From NCBI RefSeq assembly GCF_003790525.1, contig NZ_CP033635.1: a stretch of 64,000 nt of DNA; one strand, 5' to 3'. This document shows, piece by piece, positions 34,871-47,463 of the stretch. The DNA is from Escherichia coli (lineage in GTDB: Bacteria; Pseudomonadota; Gammaproteobacteria; Enterobacterales; Enterobacteriaceae). The translations under genes and the position numbers were made by a program. Below the pieces are notes generated by a model. That model was not told where the DNA came from. It made no database searches and saw only the letters and a list, made by a program, of their open reading frames with translations. The first letter of the stretch is position 1, and each line of letters starts with the position of its first letter.

Positions 34871-35088
34871 GGGCCTCTACAATAATCAGTTTCCCCCTCC
34901 GGCAAAACGCCAATCCCCACGCAGATTGTTAATAAACTGTCAAAATAGCTATTCCAATATCATAAAAATGGGGTATGTTTTAGCAGAGTATGCTGCTAAA
35001 GCACGGGTGGCTACGTATAAAACGAAATAAAGTGCTGCACAACAACATCACAACACACGTAATAACCAGAAGAGTGGGGATTCTCAGG

Positions 35089-36192
35089 ATGAACATAAAG
35101 GGTAAAGCGTTACTGGCAGGATGTATCGCGCTGGCATTCAGCAATATGGCTCTGGCAGAAGATATTAAAGTCGCCGTCGTAGGCGCAATGTCCGGTCCGG
35201 TGGCGCAGTACGGTGACCAGGAGTTTACTGGTGCTGAGCAGGCGGTTGCGGATATCAATGCTAAAGGTGGTATCAAAGGCAACAAACTGCAAATCGTGAA
35301 ATATGACGATGCCTGTGACCCGAAACAGGCGGTTGCGGTGGCGAACAAAGTCGTTAACGACGGCATTAAATATGTGATTGGTCACCTCTGTTCTTCATCA
35401 ACGCAGCCAGCGTCAGACATCTATGAAGATGAAGGCATTTTAATGATCACCCCAGCGGCAACCGCGCCAGAGCTGACCGCCCGTGGCTATCAGCTGATCC
35501 TGCGCACTACCGGCCTGGACTCCGACCAGGGGCCGACGGCGGCGAAATATATTCTTGAGAAAGTGAAACCGCAACGCATTGCTATCGTTCACGACAAACA
35601 GCAGTACGGCGAAGGTCTGGCGCGTGCGGTGCAGGACGGCCTGAAGAAAGGCAATGCTAACGTGGTGTTCTTTGATGGTATTACCGCTGGGGAAAAAGAT
35701 TTCTCAACCCTGGTGGCGCGTCTGAAGAAAGAGAATATCGACTTCGTTTACTACGGTGGTTATCACCCGGAAATGGGGCAAATCCTGCGTCAGGCACGCG
35801 CGGCAGGGTTGAAAACTCAGTTTATGGGGCCGGAAGGTGTGGCTAACGTTTCGCTGTCTAACATTGCGGGCGAATCAGCGGAAGGGCTGCTGGTGACCAA
35901 GCCGAAGAACTACGATCAGGTTCCGGCGAACAAACCCATTGTTGATGCGATCAAAGCGAAAAAACAGGACCCAAGCGGCGCGTTCGTCTGGACCACCTAC
36001 GCCGCGCTGCAATCTTTGCAAGCGGGGCTGAATCAGTCTGACGATCCGGCGGAGATCGCTAAATACCTGAAAGCGAACTCGGTTGATACGGTGATGGGGC
36101 CGCTTAGCTGGGATGAGAAAGGCGATCTGAAAGGCTTTGAGTTCGGCGTATTTGACTGGCACGCCAACGGCACGGCGACCGATGCGAAGTAA
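35089..36192 (+). CDS. livJ: Leu/Ile/Val-binding periplasmic protein LivJ
   Basis: Start at [11 protein letters not shown] (367 aa) with signal peptide; close paralog of livK in this window. Confidence 0.93.
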   Translation: MNIKGKALLAGCIALAFSNMALAEDIKVAVVGAMSGPVAQYGDQEFTGAEQAVADINAKGGIKGNKLQIVKYDDACDPKQAVAVANKVVNDGIKYVIGHLCSSSTQPASDIYEDEGILMITPAATAPELTARGYQLILRTTGLDSDQGPTAAKYILEKVKPQRIAIVHDKQQYGEGLARAVQDGLKKGNANVVFFDGITAGEKDFSTLVARLKKENIDFVYYGGYHPEMGQILRQARAAGLKTQFMGPEGVANVSLSNIAGESAEGLLVTKPKNYDQVPANKPIVDAIKAKKQDPSGAFVWTTYAALQSLQAGLNQSDDPAEIAKYLKANSVDTVMGPLSWDEKGDLKGFEFGVFDWHANGTATDAK

Positions 36193-36250
36193 TCATTAAT
36201 CGGCAACTTTGGGTTGCCGCCAAATTGCTAATATCGAGTACGTTGCTTCA

Positions 36251-36351
36251 TGCCGGATACGGCGTAAACGCCTTATCCGGCCTACAAGATTCAAAGAAAT
36301 CAGTAAATTGCAGCACACATTGTAGGCCTGATAAGCGTAGCGCATCAGGCA
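36251..36351. repeat. REP/BIME element downstream of livJ
   Basis: TGCCGGATACGGCGTAAACGCCTTATCCGGCCTACA and TGTAGGCCTGATAAGCGTAGCGCATCAGGCA units. Confidence 0.8.
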
Positions 36352-36379
36352 ATATCACTTGTGAAATCAAACTTGACGA

Positions 36380-36763
36380 TTAACGCTTCTCCCAGCCACC
36401 CTGTTGTGCCGTAAATCCCAGTGCTCGCATAAACGCCGTCATCACGCCGCGATCTTCCACGCCAGCATCCGCCATCCACCAACATGAAACGCCAGGATTG
36501 GTACGCAAAACCTCTTCCAGCAGATATTGCCCCACACCGCGACGGCGGGTGACTTCCCGCACGCGCAGGGAATCCAGTGCCCCCTCAGTGCCGCTTAAGG
36601 TTACCCGCACGGCCGCGAGCAGGCGCTCGTTAAAACGCGCGGCGTAGATGCGGTGGTTATCGTCAACCTGTAAAGAGGAAGGGGAATATTCCGGCCAGAT
36701 CTTTTGCAGGTCAATCCGGTCCTGGTCGCTAAAGTTTTCTAATCGAATGATGGTCAGCTTCAT
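36380..36763 (-). CDS. panM: PanD maturation factor PanM (GNAT-fold acetyl-CoA sensor, YhhK)
   Basis: 127 aa GNAT-like protein between livJ and livK. Confidence 0.85.
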   Translation of the reverse strand: MKLTIIRLENFSDQDRIDLQKIWPEYSPSSLQVDDNHRIYAARFNERLLAAVRVTLSGTEGALDSLRVREVTRRRGVGQYLLEEVLRTNPGVSCWWMADAGVEDRGVMTAFMRALGFTAQQGGWEKR

Positions 36764-37186
36764 GGGGAACCCGTGTAAATCACAAAAGTGGAACCAGTGT
36801 AGCGAAATAATTTAATCGGAGGCTTTCTCTTTTTTATTTCTTTTGGCAGGTGATTAATTTTTTTTCAGCAATAATTACAAAGTTAAAACATTAGAGAATG
36901 AAAAATATCCAGCATAATCCCCTAAATGGTAGTGAATTATTCTGCCCTTTGTACCGTTATTTTATGCTGACAACGGCGCTCTTTTCTGTTTATCTATCAA
37001 TAAATTCAGAATATTATCTGTTCTTAATCGACTGAAAAATAGGGATTTTAATCGCTATCATCACAAAATACTGCGCTAAACCCTTAATCAGACAGGTAAA
37101 AACAGTGCAGTATAAAAAAAGAACAGTCTGATTTGTTAACACATAAAAACAAAGCAACACAACATCACGAATGGGGATTTTTGACT

Positions 37187-38296
37187 ATGAAACGGAATGC
37201 GAAAACTATCATCGCAGGGATGATTGCACTGACAATTTCACACACCGCTATGGCTGACGATATTAAAGTCGCCGTTGTCGGCGCGATGTCCGGCCCGATT
37301 GCCCAGTGGGGCGATATGGAATTTAACGGCGCGCGTCAGGCAATTAAAGACATTAATGCCAAAGGGGGAATTAAGGGCGATAAACTGGTTGGCGTGGAAT
37401 ATGACGACGCCTGCGACCCGAAACAAGCCGTTGCGGTCGCCAACAAAATCGTTAACGACGGCATTAAATACGTTATTGGTCATCTGTGTTCTTCTTCTAC
37501 CCAACCTGCATCAGATATCTACGAAGACGAAGGTATTTTGATGATCTCGCCGGGGGCGACCAACCCGGAGCTGACCCAACGCGGTTATCAATACATCATG
37601 CGTACTGCCGGGCTGGATTCTTCCCAGGGGCCAACGGCGGCAAAATACATTGTTGAGACGGTGAAGCCCCAGCGCATCGCCATCATTCACGACAAACAAC
37701 AGTATGGCGAAGGGCTGGCACGTTCGGTGCAGGACGGGCTGAAAGCGGCTAACGCCAACGTTGTCTTCTTCGACGGTATTACCGCGGGTGAGAAAGATTT
37801 CTCCGCGCTGATCGCCCGCCTGAAAAAAGAAAACATCGACTTCGTTTACTACGGCGGTTACTACCCGGAAATGGGGCAGATGCTGCGCCAGGCCCGTTCC
37901 GTTGGCCTGAAAACCCAGTTTATGGGGCCGGAAGGTGTGGGTAATGCGTCGTTGTCGAATATTGCTGGCGATGCTGCCGAAGGCATGTTGGTCACTATGC
38001 CAAAACGCTATGACCAGGATCCGGCAAATCAGGGCATCGTTGATGCGCTGAAAGCAGACAAGAAAGATCCGTCCGGGCCATATGTCTGGATCACTTACGC
38101 GGCGGTGCAATCTCTGGCGACTGCACTTGAGCGTACCGGCAGCGATGAGCCGCTGGCGCTGGTGAAAGATTTAAAAGCTAACGGTGCAAACACCGTAATT
38201 GGGCCGCTGAACTGGGATGAAAAAGGCGATCTTAAGGGATTTGATTTTGGTGTCTTCCAGTGGCACGCCGACGGTTCATCCACGGCAGCCAAGTGA
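37187..38296 (+). CDS. livK: Leucine-specific periplasmic binding protein LivK
   Basis: Start at [11 protein letters not shown] (369 aa); first gene of livKHMGF. Confidence 0.93.
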   Translation: MKRNAKTIIAGMIALTISHTAMADDIKVAVVGAMSGPIAQWGDMEFNGARQAIKDINAKGGIKGDKLVGVEYDDACDPKQAVAVANKIVNDGIKYVIGHLCSSSTQPASDIYEDEGILMISPGATNPELTQRGYQYIMRTAGLDSSQGPTAAKYIVETVKPQRIAIIHDKQQYGEGLARSVQDGLKAANANVVFFDGITAGEKDFSALIARLKKENIDFVYYGGYYPEMGQMLRQARSVGLKTQFMGPEGVGNASLSNIAGDAAEGMLVTMPKRYDQDPANQGIVDALKADKKDPSGPYVWITYAAVQSLATALERTGSDEPLALVKDLKANGANTVIGPLNWDEKGDLKGFDFGVFQWHADGSSTAAK

Positions 38297-38343
38297 TCAT
38301 CCCACTGCCCGTGAAAAACGGGCGGGTTTAGAAAGGTTACCTT

Positions 38344-39270
38344 ATGTCTGAGCAGTTTTTGTATTTCTTGCAGCAGATGTTTAACGGCGTCACGCTGGGC
38401 AGTACCTACGCGCTGATAGCCATCGGCTACACCATGGTTTACGGCATTATCGGCATGATCAACTTCGCCCACGGCGAGGTTTACATGATTGGCAGCTACG
38501 TCTCCTTTATGATCATCGCTGCACTGATGATGCTGGGAATTGATACCGGCTGGCTGCTGGTGGCGGCGGGATTCGTTGGCGCAATCGTCATTGCCAGCGC
38601 CTACGGCTGGAGTATCGAACGGGTGGCCTATCGCCCGGTGCGTAACTCTAAGCGCCTGATTGCGCTTATTTCCGCAATCGGCATGTCTATCTTCCTGCAA
38701 AACTACGTCAGCCTGACCGAAGGTTCGCGCGACGTGGCGCTGCCGAGCCTGTTTAACGGTCAGTGGGTGGTAGGCCATAGCGAAAACTTCTCTGCCTCTA
38801 TTACTACCATGCAGGCGGTTATCTGGATTGTTACTTTCCTCGCCATGCTGGCGCTGACGATTTTCATTCGCTATTCCCGTATGGGGCGAGCCTGCCGTGC
38901 CTGCGCGGAAGATCTGAAAATGGCGAGCCTGCTTGGCATCAACACCGACCGGGTGATTGCGCTGACCTTTGTGATTGGCGCGGCGATGGCGGCGGTGGCG
39001 GGTGTGCTGCTCGGTCAGTTCTACGGCGTAATTAACCCCTACATCGGCTTTATGGCCGGGATGAAAGCCTTTACCGCTGCGGTGCTCGGTGGGATTGGCA
39101 GCATTCCGGGAGCGATGATTGGCGGCCTGATTCTGGGGATTGCGGAGGCGCTCTCTTCTGCCTATCTGAGTACGGAATATAAAGATGTGGTCTCATTCGC
39201 CCTGCTGATTCTGGTGTTGCTGGTGATGCCGACCGGTATTCTGGGTCGCCCGGAGGTAGAGAAAGTATGA
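38344..39270 (+). CDS. livH: Branched-chain amino acid ABC permease LivH
   Basis: 308 aa polytopic permease. Confidence 0.93.
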   Translation: MSEQFLYFLQQMFNGVTLGSTYALIAIGYTMVYGIIGMINFAHGEVYMIGSYVSFMIIAALMMLGIDTGWLLVAAGFVGAIVIASAYGWSIERVAYRPVRNSKRLIALISAIGMSIFLQNYVSLTEGSRDVALPSLFNGQWVVGHSENFSASITTMQAVIWIVTFLAMLALTIFIRYSRMGRACRACAEDLKMASLLGINTDRVIALTFVIGAAMAAVAGVLLGQFYGVINPYIGFMAGMKAFTAAVLGGIGSIPGAMIGGLILGIAEALSSAYLSTEYKDVVSFALLILVLLVMPTGILGRPEVEKV

Positions 39271-40544
39271 AACCGATGCATATTGCAATGGCGCTGCTCT
39301 CTGCCGCCATGTTCTTTGTGCTGGCGGGCGTCTTTATGGGCGTGCAACTGGAGCTGGATGGCACCAAACTGGTGGTCGACACGGCTTCAGAGATCCGTTG
39401 GCAGTGGGTGTTTATCGGCACGGCGGTGGTCTTTTTTTTCCAGCTTTTGCGACCGGCTTTCCAGAAAGGGCTAAAAAGCGTTTCCGGGCCGAAGTTTATT
39501 CTGCCCGCGATTGATGGCTCCACGGTGAAGCAAAAGCTGTTTCTCGTGGCGCTGCTGGTGCTTGCGGTGGCGTGGCCGTTTATGGTTTCACGTGGGACGG
39601 TGGATATCGCCACCCTGACCATGATCTACATTATTCTCGGTCTCGGGCTGAACGTGGTGGTAGGTCTTTCTGGTCTGCTGGTGCTGGGATACGGCGGTTT
39701 TTACGCTATCGGCGCTTACACTTTTGCGCTGCTCAATCACTATTACGGCTTGGGCTTCTGGACCTGTCTGCCGATTGCCGGGTTGATGGCGGCGGCGGCG
39801 GGCTTCCTGCTCGGTTTTCCGGTGCTGCGTCTGCGCGGTGACTATCTGGCGATCGTTACCCTCGGGTTCGGCGAAATCGTGCGCATATTGCTGCTCAATA
39901 ACACCGAAATTACCGGCGGCCCGAACGGAATCAGTCAGATCCCGAAACCGACTTTCTTCGGCCTTGAGTTCAGCCGTACCGCCCGTGAAGGCGGCTGGGA
40001 CACGTTCAGCAATTTCTTTGGCCTGAAATACGATCCCTCCGATCGCGTCATCTTCCTCTACCTGGTGGCGTTGCTGCTGGTGGTGTTAAGCCTGTTTGTC
40101 ATTAACCGCCTGCTGCGGATGCCGCTGGGGCGTGCGTGGGAAGCGTTGCGTGAAGATGAAATCGCTTGTCGTTCGCTGGGCTTAAGCCCGCGTCGTATCA
40201 AGCTGACTGCCTTTACCATCAGCGCTGCGTTTGCCGGTTTTGCCGGAACGTTGTTTGCTGCGCGTCAGGGCTTTGTCAGCCCGGAATCCTTCACCTTTGC
40301 CGAATCGGCGTTTGTGCTGGCGATAGTGGTGCTCGGCGGTATGGGCTCGCAATTTGCGGTAATTCTGGCGGCAATTTTGCTGGTGGTGTCGCGCGAATTG
40401 ATGCGTGATTTCAACGAATACAGCATGTTAATGCTTGGTGGTTTGATGGTGCTGATGATGATCTGGCGTCCGCAGGGCTTGCTGCCCATGACGCGCCCGC
40501 AACTCAAGCTGAAGAACGGCGCAGCGAAAGGAGAGCAGGCATGA
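39267..40544 (+). CDS. livM: Branched-chain amino acid ABC permease LivM
   Basis: 425 aa; overlaps livH and livG (ATGA). Confidence 0.93.
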   Translation: MKPMHIAMALLSAAMFFVLAGVFMGVQLELDGTKLVVDTASEIRWQWVFIGTAVVFFFQLLRPAFQKGLKSVSGPKFILPAIDGSTVKQKLFLVALLVLAVAWPFMVSRGTVDIATLTMIYIILGLGLNVVVGLSGLLVLGYGGFYAIGAYTFALLNHYYGLGFWTCLPIAGLMAAAAGFLLGFPVLRLRGDYLAIVTLGFGEIVRILLLNNTEITGGPNGISQIPKPTFFGLEFSRTAREGGWDTFSNFFGLKYDPSDRVIFLYLVALLLVVLSLFVINRLLRMPLGRAWEALREDEIACRSLGLSPRRIKLTAFTISAAFAGFAGTLFAARQGFVSPESFTFAESAFVLAIVVLGGMGSQFAVILAAILLVVSRELMRDFNEYSMLMLGGLMVLMMIWRPQGLLPMTRPQLKLKNGAAKGEQA

Positions 40545-41308
40545 GTCAGCCATTATTATCTGTTAACGGCTTGATGATGCGCTTCGGCGGCCTGCTGGCG
40601 GTGAACAACGTCAATCTTGAACTGTACCCGCAGGAGATCGTCTCGTTAATCGGCCCTAACGGTGCCGGAAAAACCACGGTCTTCAACTGCCTGACCGGAT
40701 TCTATAAACCCACCGGCGGCACCATTTTACTGCGCGATCAGCATCTGGAAGGTTTACCGGGGCAGCAAATCGCCCGAATGGGCGTGGTGCGCACCTTCCA
40801 GCATGTGCGTCTGTTCCGTGAAATGACGGTAATTGAAAACCTGCTGGTGGCGCAGCATCAGCAACTGAAAACCGGGCTGTTCTCTGGCCTGTTGAAAACG
40901 CCTTCTTTCCGTCGCGCCCAGAGCGAAGCGCTCGACCGCGCCGCTACCTGGCTTGAGCGCATTGGTTTGTTGGAACACGCCAACCGTCAGGCGAGTAACC
41001 TGGCCTATGGCGACCAGCGTCGTCTGGAGATCGCCCGCTGCATGGTGACGCAGCCGGAGATTTTAATGCTCGACGAACCGGCAGCAGGACTTAACCCGAA
41101 AGAGACGAAAGAGCTGGATGAGCTGATTGCCGAACTGCGTAATCATCACAACACCACTATCTTGTTGATTGAACACGATATGAAGCTGGTGATGGGAATT
41201 TCAGACCGAATTTACGTGGTCAATCAGGGGACGCCGCTGGCAAACGGTACACCGGAGCAGATCCGTAATAACCCGGACGTGATCCGTGCCTATTTAGGTG
41301 AGGCATAA
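40541..41308 (+). CDS. livG: Branched-chain amino acid ABC ATPase LivG
   Basis: 255 aa; Walker [10 protein letters not shown]. Confidence 0.93.
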   Translation: MSQPLLSVNGLMMRFGGLLAVNNVNLELYPQEIVSLIGPNGAGKTTVFNCLTGFYKPTGGTILLRDQHLEGLPGQQIARMGVVRTFQHVRLFREMTVIENLLVAQHQQLKTGLFSGLLKTPSFRRAQSEALDRAATWLERIGLLEHANRQASNLAYGDQRRLEIARCMVTQPEILMLDEPAAGLNPKETKELDELIAELRNHHNTTILLIEHDMKLVMGISDRIYVVNQGTPLANGTPEQIRNNPDVIRAYLGEA

Positions 41309-41309
41309 G

Positions 41310-42023
41310 ATGGAAAAAGTCATGTTGTCCTTTGACAAAGTCAGCGCCCACTACGGCAAAATCCAGGCGCTGCATGAGGTGAGCCTGCATATCAATCAGG
41401 GCGAGATTGTCACCCTCATTGGCGCGAACGGGGCGGGGAAAACCACCTTGCTCGGCACGTTATGCGGCGATCCGCGCGCCACCAGTGGGCGAATTGTGTT
41501 TGATGATAAAGACATTACCGACTGGCAGACAGCGAAAATCATGCGCGAAGCGGTGGCGATTGTTCCGGAAGGGCGTCGTGTTTTCTCGCGGATGACGGTG
41601 GAAGAGAACCTGGCAATGGGCGGCTTTTTTGCCGAACGCGACCAGTTCCAGGAACGCATAAAGTGGGTGTATGAACTGTTTCCGCGTCTCCATGAACGCC
41701 GTGTTCAGCGGGCGGGCACCATGTCCGGCGGTGAGCAGCAGATGCTGGCGATTGGGCGCGCGCTGATGAGCAACCCGCGTTTGTTGTTGCTTGATGAGCC
41801 ATCGCTCGGGCTGGCACCGATTATCATCCAGCAAATTTTCGACACCATCGAACAACTGCGCGAGCAGGGGATGACCATCTTCCTCGTCGAGCAGAACGCC
41901 AACCAGGCGCTGAAGCTCGCTGATCGCGGCTACGTGCTGGAAAACGGTCATGTGGTGCTCTCCGATACTGGTGATGCACTACTGGCGAATGAAGCGGTGA
42001 GAAGTGCGTATTTAGGCGGGTAA
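41310..42023 (+). CDS. livF: Branched-chain amino acid ABC ATPase LivF
   Basis: Start at MEKVMLSFD (237 aa); Walker A GANGAGKTT. Confidence 0.93.
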   Translation: MEKVMLSFDKVSAHYGKIQALHEVSLHINQGEIVTLIGANGAGKTTLLGTLCGDPRATSGRIVFDDKDITDWQTAKIMREAVAIVPEGRRVFSRMTVEENLAMGGFFAERDQFQERIKWVYELFPRLHERRVQRAGTMSGGEQQMLAIGRALMSNPRLLLLDEPSLGLAPIIIQQIFDTIEQLREQGMTIFLVEQNANQALKLADRGYVLENGHVVLSDTGDALLANEAVRSAYLGG

Positions 42024-42032
42024 ATTATCAAT

Positions 42033-42059
42033 AACCCGGCAGCTAAGTTCTGCCGGGTT
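42033..42059 (+). terminator. Hairpin after livF (10-bp stem AACCCGGCAG/CTGCCGGGTT)
   Basis: Perfect inverted repeat 10 nt after the stop; the T tract is weak. Confidence 0.55.
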
Positions 42060-42141
42060 ATTCGTCCGTATACAGACTTGTTTCAACAGACCGGGAGGAT
42101 TAAAACCAGACCACTTATTTGCCACGGAAAGGTTTGCTCCC

Positions 42142-42888
42142 ATGCATTATGCCGTTGTTGTCATGCTTGAACTGCTTTGCTGTATTCACGCTTACCGTAC
42201 CGGACAAGAGCGGTACTGGATTTTTATCATTTTCTGTTTTCCGGTGATTGGCTGCGTGGCGTATTTCGTCATAGTGATGTTGCCTGAAACGGGCGCTGAC
42301 CGTCACGGGCATACTTTGCTGATGCGCCTGCAGGACAAACTCAACCCTGAGCGCCACCTGCGCAAATTAACCGAAGAACTGGCGATTGCCGAGACGAATC
42401 AAAACCATTATGCGTTGGCTAATGAACTGGTGTGTCTGGGGCGTTATCACGAAGCTGTTCCCCATTATCAGCAGGCGTTAAGCGGGATATTCGTCCATGA
42501 AGCGGCAATGATGCTAAGCCTGGCGCAGGCGCAGTTTGCCATTCAGGAGTTCGCCGCCTGTCAGCAGACGCTGGAAGATGTGATGCGTTATAACCCCGAT
42601 TTTCAGTCGGCAGACGGGCATTTGTTATTTGCCAGAGCGTTAGCCGCACAAGAAAAATACGCTGATGCGGAAAGCGAGTTTGAGGTGTTGATTTCTTATT
42701 ACTCCGGCCCGCAGGCGCGTATTTACTATGCGGAAATGTTGGCGAAAATGAGTCGGTTACGTGAAGCCAACGAGCAGTATATTGCTGTGGTTGATACGGC
42801 TAAACGTTCAAAACCACATTATAGAAAACACCACCGGGAATGGATTAAGACCGCCAATGAACGGCTGAAGCAGAGTGTGGTGCAATGA
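42142..42888 (+). CDS. Hypothetical membrane-anchored protein: N-terminal PLDc_N-like two-helix anchor plus C-terminal helical-repeat (TPR-like) domain
   Basis: 248-aa ORF; N-terminus RYWIFIIFCFPVIGCVAYFV resembles PLD-nuclease N-terminal membrane domains; the remainder is predicted alpha-helical. Not present between livF and ugpB in the K-12 order as I recall it. Confidence 0.6.
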   Translation: MHYAVVVMLELLCCIHAYRTGQERYWIFIIFCFPVIGCVAYFVIVMLPETGADRHGHTLLMRLQDKLNPERHLRKLTEELAIAETNQNHYALANELVCLGRYHEAVPHYQQALSGIFVHEAAMMLSLAQAQFAIQEFAACQQTLEDVMRYNPDFQSADGHLLFARALAAQEKYADAESEFEVLISYYSGPQARIYYAEMLAKMSRLREANEQYIAVVDTAKRSKPHYRKHHREWIKTANERLKQSVVQ

Positions 42889-43111
42889 AAATCTTCTTTG
42901 CCGTTAGACCAGTGTCGCGGCAATCTTTTGTTAAAATTGAAAAATGTAGCTCTCATCGGGCAGCAAAACTGGACGCAGAATTTGCTGCCATTTTTGCTCT
43001 TCATGGTAAGGAGTTCTGGCGATTAGCTGGCCGTTAATCGCCTCTTTTCAGTGCATTCTCGGGATATCCGTGCCCCATCTCCCATTTTCCCTCACCCGTA
43101 CCGTCACCGCC

Positions 43112-43129
43112 TTGTCATCTTTCTGACAC
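43112..43129 (+). promoter_or_regulatory. Putative Pho box (TTGTCAT-cttt-CTGACAC) in the ugpB promoter
   Basis: 7-bp direct repeats with 4-bp spacer resembling the PhoB consensus, about 120 bp upstream of ugpB. Confidence 0.5.
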
Positions 43130-43247
43130 CTTACTATCTTAAAAATGTAACAAAATAGTTATTTTTCTGTAATTCGAGCATGTCATGTTACCCCGCGAGC
43201 ATAAAACGCGTGAATTCGCGCATTCGGTACAACAAGAGAGATAATCA

Positions 43248-44564
43248 ATGAAACCGTTACGTTATACAGCTTCAGCACTGGCGCTCGGACTGGCTTTAAT
43301 GGCAAATGCGCAGGCAGCGACGACCATTCCGTTCTGGCATTCTATGGAAGGGGAACTGGGTAAAGAGGTGGATTCTCTGGCCCAACGTTTTAACGCCGAA
43401 AACCCGGATTACAAAATTGTACCGACCTATAAAGGCAACTACGAACAGAATTTAAGCGCGGGGATTGCCGCATTTCGTACCGGCAACGCTCCGGCTATTT
43501 TGCAGGTTTATGAAGTTGGCACCGCCACCATGATGGCGTCGAAAGCCATTAAACCGGTATATGACGTGTTTAAAGAGGCGGGGATTCAGTTCGATGAGTC
43601 GCAGTTTGTGCCGACGGTTTCAGGCTACTACTCCGACAGCAAAACTGGGCACTTACTCTCCCAGCCGTTCAACAGCTCGACTCCCGTTCTCTATTACAAC
43701 AAAGACGCCTTCAAGAAAGCCGGTTTAGACCCGGAACAGCCGCCGAAAACCTGGCAGGATCTGGCGGACTATGCCGCGAAACTGAAAGCCTCCGGTATGA
43801 AGTGCGGCTACGCCAGCGGCTGGCAGGGCTGGATCCAACTGGAAAACTTTAGCGCCTGGAACGGTCTGCCGTTTGCCAGCAAAAACAACGGCTTTGACGG
43901 CACAGACGCGGTGCTGGAGTTCAACAAGCCGGAGCAGGTGAAACACATCGCTATGCTCGAAGAGATGAACAAGAAGGGCGATTTCAGCTACGTCGGGCGT
44001 AAGGATGAATCCACCGAGAAGTTCTATAACGGTGATTGCGCGATGACGACCGCCTCTTCCGGTTCTCTTGCCAACATTCGCGAGTACGCCAAATTTAACT
44101 ATGGCGTAGGCATGATGCCTTACGATGCCGATGCGAAAGACGCGCCGCAAAACGCCATTATCGGCGGAGCCAGTCTATGGGTAATGCAGGGTAAAGATAA
44201 AGAAACCTACACCGGCGTGGCGAAGTTCCTCGACTTCCTCGCAAAGCCAGAAAACGCTGCCGAGTGGCATCAGAAAACCGGCTATCTGCCAATCACTAAA
44301 GCGGCGTATGACCTGACCCGTGAGCAGGGCTTTTACGAGAAAAACCCAGGAGCGGATATTGCCACGCGTCAGATGCTGAACAAGCCACCGTTGCCGTTCA
44401 CCAAAGGTTTGCGTCTGGGCAACATGCCGCAGATCCGCGTGATTGTGGATGAAGAGCTGGAGAGCGTGTGGACCGGTAAGAAGACACCACAGCAGGCGCT
44501 GGATACTGCCGTTGAGCGTGGGAACCAGTTACTGCGCCGCTTTGAGAAATCGACGAAGTCTTAA
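43248..44564 (+). CDS. ugpB: sn-Glycerol-3-phosphate-binding periplasmic protein UgpB
   Basis: 438 aa with signal peptide; SBP family 1. Confidence 0.95.
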   Translation: MKPLRYTASALALGLALMANAQAATTIPFWHSMEGELGKEVDSLAQRFNAENPDYKIVPTYKGNYEQNLSAGIAAFRTGNAPAILQVYEVGTATMMASKAIKPVYDVFKEAGIQFDESQFVPTVSGYYSDSKTGHLLSQPFNSSTPVLYYNKDAFKKAGLDPEQPPKTWQDLADYAAKLKASGMKCGYASGWQGWIQLENFSAWNGLPFASKNNGFDGTDAVLEFNKPEQVKHIAMLEEMNKKGDFSYVGRKDESTEKFYNGDCAMTTASSGSLANIREYAKFNYGVGMMPYDADAKDAPQNAIIGGASLWVMQGKDKETYTGVAKFLDFLAKPENAAEWHQKTGYLPITKAAYDLTREQGFYEKNPGADIATRQMLNKPPLPFTKGLRLGNMPQIRVIVDEELESVWTGKKTPQQALDTAVERGNQLLRRFEKSTKS

Positions 44565-44572
44565 TCAGTGTA

Positions 44573-44641
44573 ATGTCGGATGCGTTTCGCTTATCTGACC
44601 TGGCATCGCGTGTAGGCCGGATAAGCGAAGCGCATCCGGCA
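44573..44641. repeat. REP/BIME element between ugpB and ugpA
   Basis: GTAGGCCGGATAAGCGAAGCGCATCCGGCA and a partner unit. Confidence 0.75.
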
Positions 44642-44661
44642 CAGTTCAGGAATTAACTGTA

Positions 44662-45549
44662 ATGTCATCATCCCGTCCGGTGTTCCGCTCGCGCTGGCTG
44701 CCTTATCTGCTGGTCGCGCCGCAGCTCATCATCACCGTTATCTTTTTTATCTGGCCTGCGGGCGAAGCGTTGTGGTACTCGCTGCAAAGTGTCGATCCAT
44801 TTGGTTTCTCCAGCCAGTTTGTCGGCCTGGATAACTTCGTCACGCTGTTTCACGACAGCTACTATCTCGACGCCTTCTGGACGACGATAAAATTCAGCAC
44901 CTTTGTCACCGTCAGCGGTTTGCTGGTGTCACTGTTCTTCGCGGCGTTGGTGGAGTACATCGTGCGCGGCAGCCGTTTCTATCAAACCTTAATGCTGCTG
45001 CCGTATGCCGTGGCTCCCGCCGTTGCCGCCGTATTATGGATCTTCCTGTTTAACCCCGGTCGCGGGCTGATCACCCATTTTCTCGCTGAGTTCGGCTACG
45101 ACTGGAACCACGCGCAAAACAGCGGTCAGGCGATGTTCCTGGTGGTGTTTGCCTCAGTGTGGAAGCAAATCAGCTACAACTTTCTGTTCTTCTATGCCGC
45201 GCTGCAATCCATCCCCCGTTCGTTGATCGAAGCCGCAGCCATTGATGGGGCTGGCCCGATTCGCCGCTTCTTTAAGATTGCGCTGCCGCTTATCGCTCCG
45301 GTGAGTTTCTTCCTGCTGGTGGTGAACCTGGTGTATGCCTTCTTCGACACCTTCCCGGTGATCGACGCCGCCACGTCCGGCGGGCCAGTACAGGCCACCA
45401 CGACGCTGATTTATAAGATCTACCGTGAAGGCTTTACCGGACTGGATTTGGCTTCGTCTGCCGCGCAGTCGGTGGTGTTGATGTTCCTCGTCATCGTGCT
45501 GACGGTGGTGCAGTTCCGCTATGTTGAAAGCAAGGTACGTTACCAATGA
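44662..45549 (+). CDS. ugpA: G3P ABC permease UgpA
   Basis: 295 aa; MalF-type permease with EAA loop. Confidence 0.93.
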
Positions 45550-46391
45550 TTGAGAACCGTCCGTGGCTGACAATATTCAGCCATACCATGCTGATCCTCG
45601 GGATCGCGGTGATCCTCTTCCCGCTGTACGTGGCGTTTGTCGCGGCGACACTGGATAAACAAGAAGTCTATGCCGCGCCGATGACGCTAATCCCCGGCAC
45701 ACATCTGCTGGAAAACATCCACAACATCTGGGTAAACGGGGTAGGCACGAATAGTGCGCCGTTCTGGCGGATGTTGCTTAACAGCTTCGTGATGGCGTTC
45801 AGCATTACGCTCGGCAAAATTACCGTCTCGATGCTCTCGGCATTTGCCATTGTCTGGTTTCGTTTTCCGCTACGTAACCTCTTCTTCTGGATGATTTTTA
45901 TCACCCTGATGCTGCCGGTTGAAGTGCGTATCTTCCCGACGGTGGAAGTCATCGCTAACCTGAAAATGCTCGACAGCTACGCAGGTTTAACGCTGCCGCT
46001 GATGGCCTCGGCGACCGCGACCTTCCTGTTCCGCCAGTTCTTTATGACGCTGCCGGATGAGCTGGTGGAAGCGGCGCGGATCGACGGTGCGTCACCAATG
46101 CGTTTCTTTTGCGACATCGTTTTTCCGCTGTCCAAAACTAATCTGGCGGCGCTGTTTGTGATCACCTTTATTTACGGCTGGAACCAGTATTTGTGGCCGT
46201 TGTTGATTATTACCGATGTGGATCTCGGCACCACCGTAGCAGGGATTAAAGGGATGATCGCCACAGGCGAAGGCACCACGGAATGGAACTCGGTGATGGC
46301 GGCGATGTTGTTAACCCTGATCCCACCAGTAGTGATTGTTTTAGTGATGCAGCGTGCCTTCGTGCGCGGCCTGGTCGATAGTGAGAAATAA
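45546..46391 (+). CDS. ugpE: G3P ABC permease UgpE
   Basis: 281 aa; MalG-type permease. Confidence 0.93.
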
Positions 46392-46392
46392 G

Positions 46393-47463
46393 ATGGCAGG
46401 ACTGAAATTACAGGCAGTAACCAAAAGCTGGGATGGCAAAACCCAGGTCATTAAACCGCTGACCCTTGATGTGGCGGATGGCGAATTTATCGTGATGGTC
46501 GGGCCGTCTGGCTGCGGGAAATCGACGTTATTGCGAATGGTGGCCGGACTGGAGCGGGTAACGACGGGCGATATCTGGATCGACCGCAAGCGTGTCACCG
46601 AAATGGAGCCGAAAGATCGCGGAATTGCGATGGTGTTCCAGAACTACGCGCTCTATCCGCATATGAGCGTAGAGGAGAACATGGCGTGGGGGCTGAAAAT
46701 TCGCGGCATGGGCAAGCAACAAATTGCCGAACGTGTTAAAGAAGCGGCGCGCATTCTGGAGCTGGACGGCCTGCTTAAGCGCCGCCCGCGTGAGCTATCT
46801 GGCGGTCAGCGTCAGCGTGTGGCGATGGGGCGTGCGATTGTGCGTGAGCCGGCAGTGTTCCTGTTTGATGAGCCGCTCTCTAACCTCGATGCCAAGCTGC
46901 GTGTGCAGATGCGTCTTGAACTGCAACAGCTGCACCGTCGCCTGAAAACGACTTCACTCTACGTTACCCACGATCAGGTTGAGGCGATGACGCTCGCCCA
47001 GCGAGTAATGGTGATGAACGGCGGCGTTGCCGAACAGATTGGCACGCCAGTGGAAGTCTACGAAAAGCCCGCCAGCCTGTTTGTAGCGAGTTTTATCGGC
47101 AGCCCGGCGATGAACCTACTGGCTGGCCGCGTGAATAACGAAGGTACGCATTTCGAACTGGATGGTGGTATTACGCTGCCGCTAAACGGTGGCTACCGTC
47201 AGTATGCCGGGCGTAAAATGACCCTCGGCATTCGCCCGGAACATATAGCGCTAAGCTCGCAGGCAGAAGGTGGTGTGCCGCTGGTGATGGACACGCTGGA
47301 GATCCTCGGCGCAGATAACCTGGCGCACGGACGCTGGGGCGAACAGAAGCTGGTGGTGCGACTGGCACATCAGGAGCGCCCGACGGCAGGCAGCACGCTG
47401 TGGCTGCATCTGCCGGAAAATCAGCTACATCTTTTTGATGGTGAAACAGGACAACGAGTATGA
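46393..47463 (+). CDS. ugpC: G3P ABC ATPase UgpC
   Basis: Start at MAGLKLQAV (356 aa); Walker [10 protein letters not shown]. Confidence 0.93.
   Translation: MAGLKLQAVTKSWDGKTQVIKPLTLDVADGEFIVMVGPSGCGKSTLLRMVAGLERVTTGDIWIDRKRVTEMEPKDRGIAMVFQNYALYPHMSVEENMAWGLKIRGMGKQQIAERVKEAARILELDGLLKRRPRELSGGQRQRVAMGRAIVREPAVFLFDEPLSNLDAKLRVQMRLELQQLHRRLKTTSLYVTHDQVEAMTLAQRVMVMNGGVAEQIGTPVEVYEKPASLFVASFIGSPAMNLLAGRVNNEGTHFELDGGITLPLNGGYRQYAGRKMTLGIRPEHIALSSQAEGGVPLVMDTLEILGADNLAHGRWGEQKLVVRLAHQERPTAGSTLWLHLPENQLHLFDGETGQRV

Noticed and set aside
37511-38778. Two minus-strand ORFs of 199 and 227 aa
   Set aside because: Antisense to livK/livH; shadow ORFs.
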